From the NCBI GenBank assembly GCA_017473745.1, contig JAFUJP010000094.1, forward strand, positions 1 to 45,286: a stretch of DNA of 45,286 nt, given 5' to 3'. The notes beneath the pieces are model-generated. The model worked only from the letters and a program-made list of their open reading frames with translations. It searched no databases and had not been told where the DNA came from. Numbering within the stretch: the first letter of the stretch is position 1; each line of letters begins with the position of its first letter. Shown here one piece after another: positions 42,646 through 45,286 of this stretch. Source of the DNA: Oscillospiraceae bacterium (lineage in GTDB: Bacteria; Bacillota; Clostridia; Oscillospirales; Ruminococcaceae). The translations under genes and the position numbers were made by a program.

Positions 42646-43509
42646 TTGGGTAAAAAATTTGGTGACAGAAAAGACGGCACACTGATCCGCAACACTGATT
42701 CGATGCATGTCATAATGCCGTTGATGTATCCTGACAGATGCGATAACGAGGCATTTTTAAGCGAGTGTATAGATCTTACGGCCATAAACGAATATCTCGA
42801 ACGCAAAAATTCGGTAAATCCGGAATATAAATACAATCTTTTTCAGGTTATGGTTACAGCGATGCTTAAAACCATAACTCTTCGCCCGAAGATGAACCGC
42901 TTTATTGCCAATAAAAATATGTATCAGCGCAATGAAGTAACGGCCTCTTTTACCGTTAAAAAGATTTTTTCGGATAAAGGCGGCGAAGCTCTTGCCAAGA
43001 TACATTCTAAAGAAAGCGATACCATCGATACTATCCATGAAGAAATGTTCCGACAGGTTTCTTTCTGCAAAAGCGATGACAAGGATCCTTCAACCGCAAG
43101 CATGGATATTGTAAATCAACTTCCACGCTTCCTTATCAAAATGGTTGGAGCGGGGGCAAGGTTCCTCGACCGCCACGGCTGGATGCCATCCGGCGTTATT
43201 GCAACGGATCCTTTTTATTCTTCCGTTGTTTTAAGCAACCTTGGTTCCATAGGCCTTCATGCCGGGTATCATCACCTTACGAACTGGGGAACCACTTCTG
43301 TTTTCTGCGTTATCGGTGAAAAGAAAAAACGTCCTTTCTATGACGAAAACGGGAATGCCGAAATGCGCGAAAGCGTTGATATCACCCTTACGATAGACGA
43401 ACGCGTTGCGGACGGATATTATTATTCAAAAACCATTAAACTTCTCAAAAAGCTTCTGGAAAATCCGGAACTTCTTGAAAAACCTCTCGGAGAGAAAGTA
43501 GAGTATTGA
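42646..43509 (+). CDS. 2-oxoacid dehydrogenase E2-type (CAT-fold) acyltransferase catalytic-domain protein, no lipoyl domain, His->Glu in the catalytic motif
   Basis: The C-terminal DERVADGYYYSKTIKLLKKLLENPELL aligns to the E2 motif DHRxxDG....FL..LK.LLE.P..LL. TTG at 42646 lies 7 nt after ggagggg (the ORF track uses ATG at 42598). Confidence 0.65.
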   Translation: MGKKFGDRKDGTLIRNTDSMHVIMPLMYPDRCDNEAFLSECIDLTAINEYLERKNSVNPEYKYNLFQVMVTAMLKTITLRPKMNRFIANKNMYQRNEVTASFTVKKIFSDKGGEALAKIHSKESDTIDTIHEEMFRQVSFCKSDDKDPSTASMDIVNQLPRFLIKMVGAGARFLDRHGWMPSGVIATDPFYSSVVLSNLGSIGLHAGYHHLTNWGTTSVFCVIGEKKKRPFYDENGNAEMRESVDITLTIDERVADGYYYSKTIKLLKKLLENPELLEKPLGEKVEY

Positions 43510-43511
43510 AA

Positions 43512-45230
43512 ATGACAGAAATCACGGCAAAAACCCCCTGGAAAGACTTTATGGGCGATGTTCCCATGCACCTTGATTATTTTGAAGGAACCATGTTCGA
43601 AGCGGCGGAAAAAATTGCGGAGCAATATCCGGATTACGTCGCCTTTGACTTTATGGGCAAATCTACTACATACAAACAGCTTATCAAAAACATCATAAAA
43701 TGTGCCAAGGCGCTGAAGGCTATAGGTATCGGTGAGGGCGATAAAGTTACCATAGCACTTCCGAACTGCCCCCAGGCGATTTATATGTTTTACGGCGTAA
43801 ACCTTGCGGGCGGCATTGCAAATATGATCCATCCGCTTTCGGCGGAAAAAGAAATTGAATTTTATCTCAATGAATCCGATTCCGTCGCAGCAATAACTCT
43901 CGATCAGTTTTATCAGAAATTTGCCAATATCCGCGGCAATACGAAGATAAAAAATCTTATCATAGCAAGAATAAAAGATGAGCTTCCGCCCCTTCTTAAA
44001 ATCGGATATTCCCTTACAGAAGGCAGAAAAATCCCCAAACTTCCGGAAAACGCGCCGGTAATCGTATGGAACGATTTTATAAAAAACGGAAGCGGCGTTG
44101 CTGATTATAAGGCCGCCCATAAAGGCGAAGACCCGGCGGTTATTCTTTATTCCGGCGGCACGACCGGCACCACAAAGGGCATTATTCTTACAAATAAAAA
44201 CTTCAATGCCCTTGGAAAACAGGTCGTTGCGGCAAACAAAATGTTTGCGCCCGGGGATAAAATGCTTGCGGCGATGCCCGTTTTCCATGGATTCGGCCTT
44301 GGCGTTTGCATACATACCATGCTTGTCAACGGCGGGCGCTGCATTCTTGTTCCGCGTTTTACGCCCGAAAGCTACGCAAAGCTTATCACAAAACATCGCT
44401 GCAACTTTATTGCGGGAGTTCCGACCCTTTACGAAGCGCTTTTGCGCCTTGACACCATGAACGGAGCGGATCTCAGTTGTCTTAAAGGAGTTTTCTCCGG
44501 CGGGGATTCTCTTTCGGTCGAGCTTAAAAAGAAACTCGACAGGTTCCTTGAGGAACACAACGCTTCCATAAAAGTGCGCGAAGGTTACGGCACCACAGAA
44601 ACGGTAACCGCCTGCTGCCTTACGCCTTCTCATATCTATAAAGAGGGCAGTATCGGTCTTCCGTTCCCGGATACCTATATTAAAATCGTTGAGCCCGGAA
44701 CCGAAAATGAGCTTCCTTACGGAAAAGAAGGAGAGATCCTTCTTTCCGGCCCGACTGTTATGAAGGAATATATGCACCACCCGGAAGAAACCGCAAAGAC
44801 GCTTCGCGCCCATTCCGACGGCCTTACATGGGTTTATACCGGCGACCTTGGAATGATGGATGAACAGGGCTTCGTTTATTTCAAAGGCCGCGCAAAACGC
44901 ATGATAGTCACTTCCGGATATAACGTATATCCCGCGCAGATGGAAAACATTCTTGATGCCCACGAATTTGTTCAGATGAGCTGTGTCATCGGTGTTCCGG
45001 ATCCGCTTAAAATGCAGAAGGTAAAGGCTTTTGTAAAGCTTGTTCCCGGGGTCGAAAAAGATGAAGCCGCCAAAAACGCCATAATGGAGCACTGCCGCAA
45101 ATACGTTGCGAAATATGCAATGCCCTATGATATCGAATTCCGCGACGAAATGCCAAAGACCCTTGTGGGAAAAGTTGCTTACCGTGTTCTTGAAGAAGAG
45201 GAAATGGCAAAAATTAATTCTGCTGAATAA
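43512..45230 (+). CDS. AMP-dependent acyl-CoA synthetase/ligase (long-chain-fatty-acid--CoA ligase-like)
   Basis: AMP-binding motif ILYSGGTTGTTKGI, plus EGYGTTE, YTGDLG and PKTLVGKV. About 572 aa. The start is ATG 43512 or TTG 43506. Confidence 0.88.
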   Translation: MTEITAKTPWKDFMGDVPMHLDYFEGTMFEAAEKIAEQYPDYVAFDFMGKSTTYKQLIKNIIKCAKALKAIGIGEGDKVTIALPNCPQAIYMFYGVNLAGGIANMIHPLSAEKEIEFYLNESDSVAAITLDQFYQKFANIRGNTKIKNLIIARIKDELPPLLKIGYSLTEGRKIPKLPENAPVIVWNDFIKNGSGVADYKAAHKGEDPAVILYSGGTTGTTKGIILTNKNFNALGKQVVAANKMFAPGDKMLAAMPVFHGFGLGVCIHTMLVNGGRCILVPRFTPESYAKLITKHRCNFIAGVPTLYEALLRLDTMNGADLSCLKGVFSGGDSLSVELKKKLDRFLEEHNASIKVREGYGTTETVTACCLTPSHIYKEGSIGLPFPDTYIKIVEPGTENELPYGKEGEILLSGPTVMKEYMHHPEETAKTLRAHSDGLTWVYTGDLGMMDEQGFVYFKGRAKRMIVTSGYNVYPAQMENILDAHEFVQMSCVIGVPDPLKMQKVKAFVKLVPGVEKDEAAKNAIMEHCRKYVAKYAMPYDIEFRDEMPKTLVGKVAYRVLEEEEMAKINSAE

Positions 45231-45286
45231 TCGAAGAAAAAACAGGCGCAAAGCCGCTGTAATAAGGAGGTTTTGATATGAACGCA

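Noticed and set aside
45278-45286. Start of another gene (ATG at 45278 after aaggagg) at the window edge.
   Set aside because: Only three codons are visible, so no call is possible. It is noted only as a likely continuation of the acyl-CoA ligase operon.

Overview
This 45.3-kb chromosomal segment reads like a Clostridia genome, probably Oscillospiraceae/Ruminococcaceae-like. It has strong AGGAGG ribosome-binding sites, several near-consensus TTGACA-17-TATAAT promoters and classic hairpin+T terminators. Gene content in order: (1) housekeeping and small accessory genes: a CopZ-like metallochaperone, prfB, a HAD hydrolase, a divergent SDR/TetR pair, a GNAT, a DnaD-like plus DnaC/DnaI-like loader pair, tRNA-Gly(GCC) and a PHP phosphoesterase. 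(2) A complete 17-gene Firmicutes-type ethanolamine-utilisation (eut) microcompartment operon at 10.3-24.0 kb: eutS-P-A-B-C-L, a BMC-H protein with a C-terminal extension, eutE, eutM, eutM, eutT, pduL, eutJ, an unknown gene, eutN, eutH, eutQ. No eutV/eutW or eutR regulator is present. (3) An amidohydrolase. (4) A three-gene cluster of secreted cohesin-bearing surface proteins (25.2-31.4 kb), one of which also carries a dockerin; two of the three carry long arrays of a Cys-rich ~40-aa repeat. (5) A small AT-rich islet with an XRE regulator and a tail-anchored protein. (6) The conserved ylxM-ffh-rpsP-KH-rimM-trmD block, then a DUF554 protein, ptsH, uvrC, rsmD, coaD and a coiled-coil protein. (7) A divergent lipid/acyl-transfer cluster: a PlsC-like acyltransferase and a PAP2-like protein on one strand, and an E2-like acyltransferase with a His->Glu change plus an acyl-CoA synthetase on the other. 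Intergenic DNA carries two families of short hairpin-forming dispersed repeats. The most interesting items are the non-CAZyme cohesin-dockerin surface system with its unrecognised Cys3-His repeat, and several atypical features of the eut locus. All calls come from reading the sequence and the ORF translations by eye; no database search was run.
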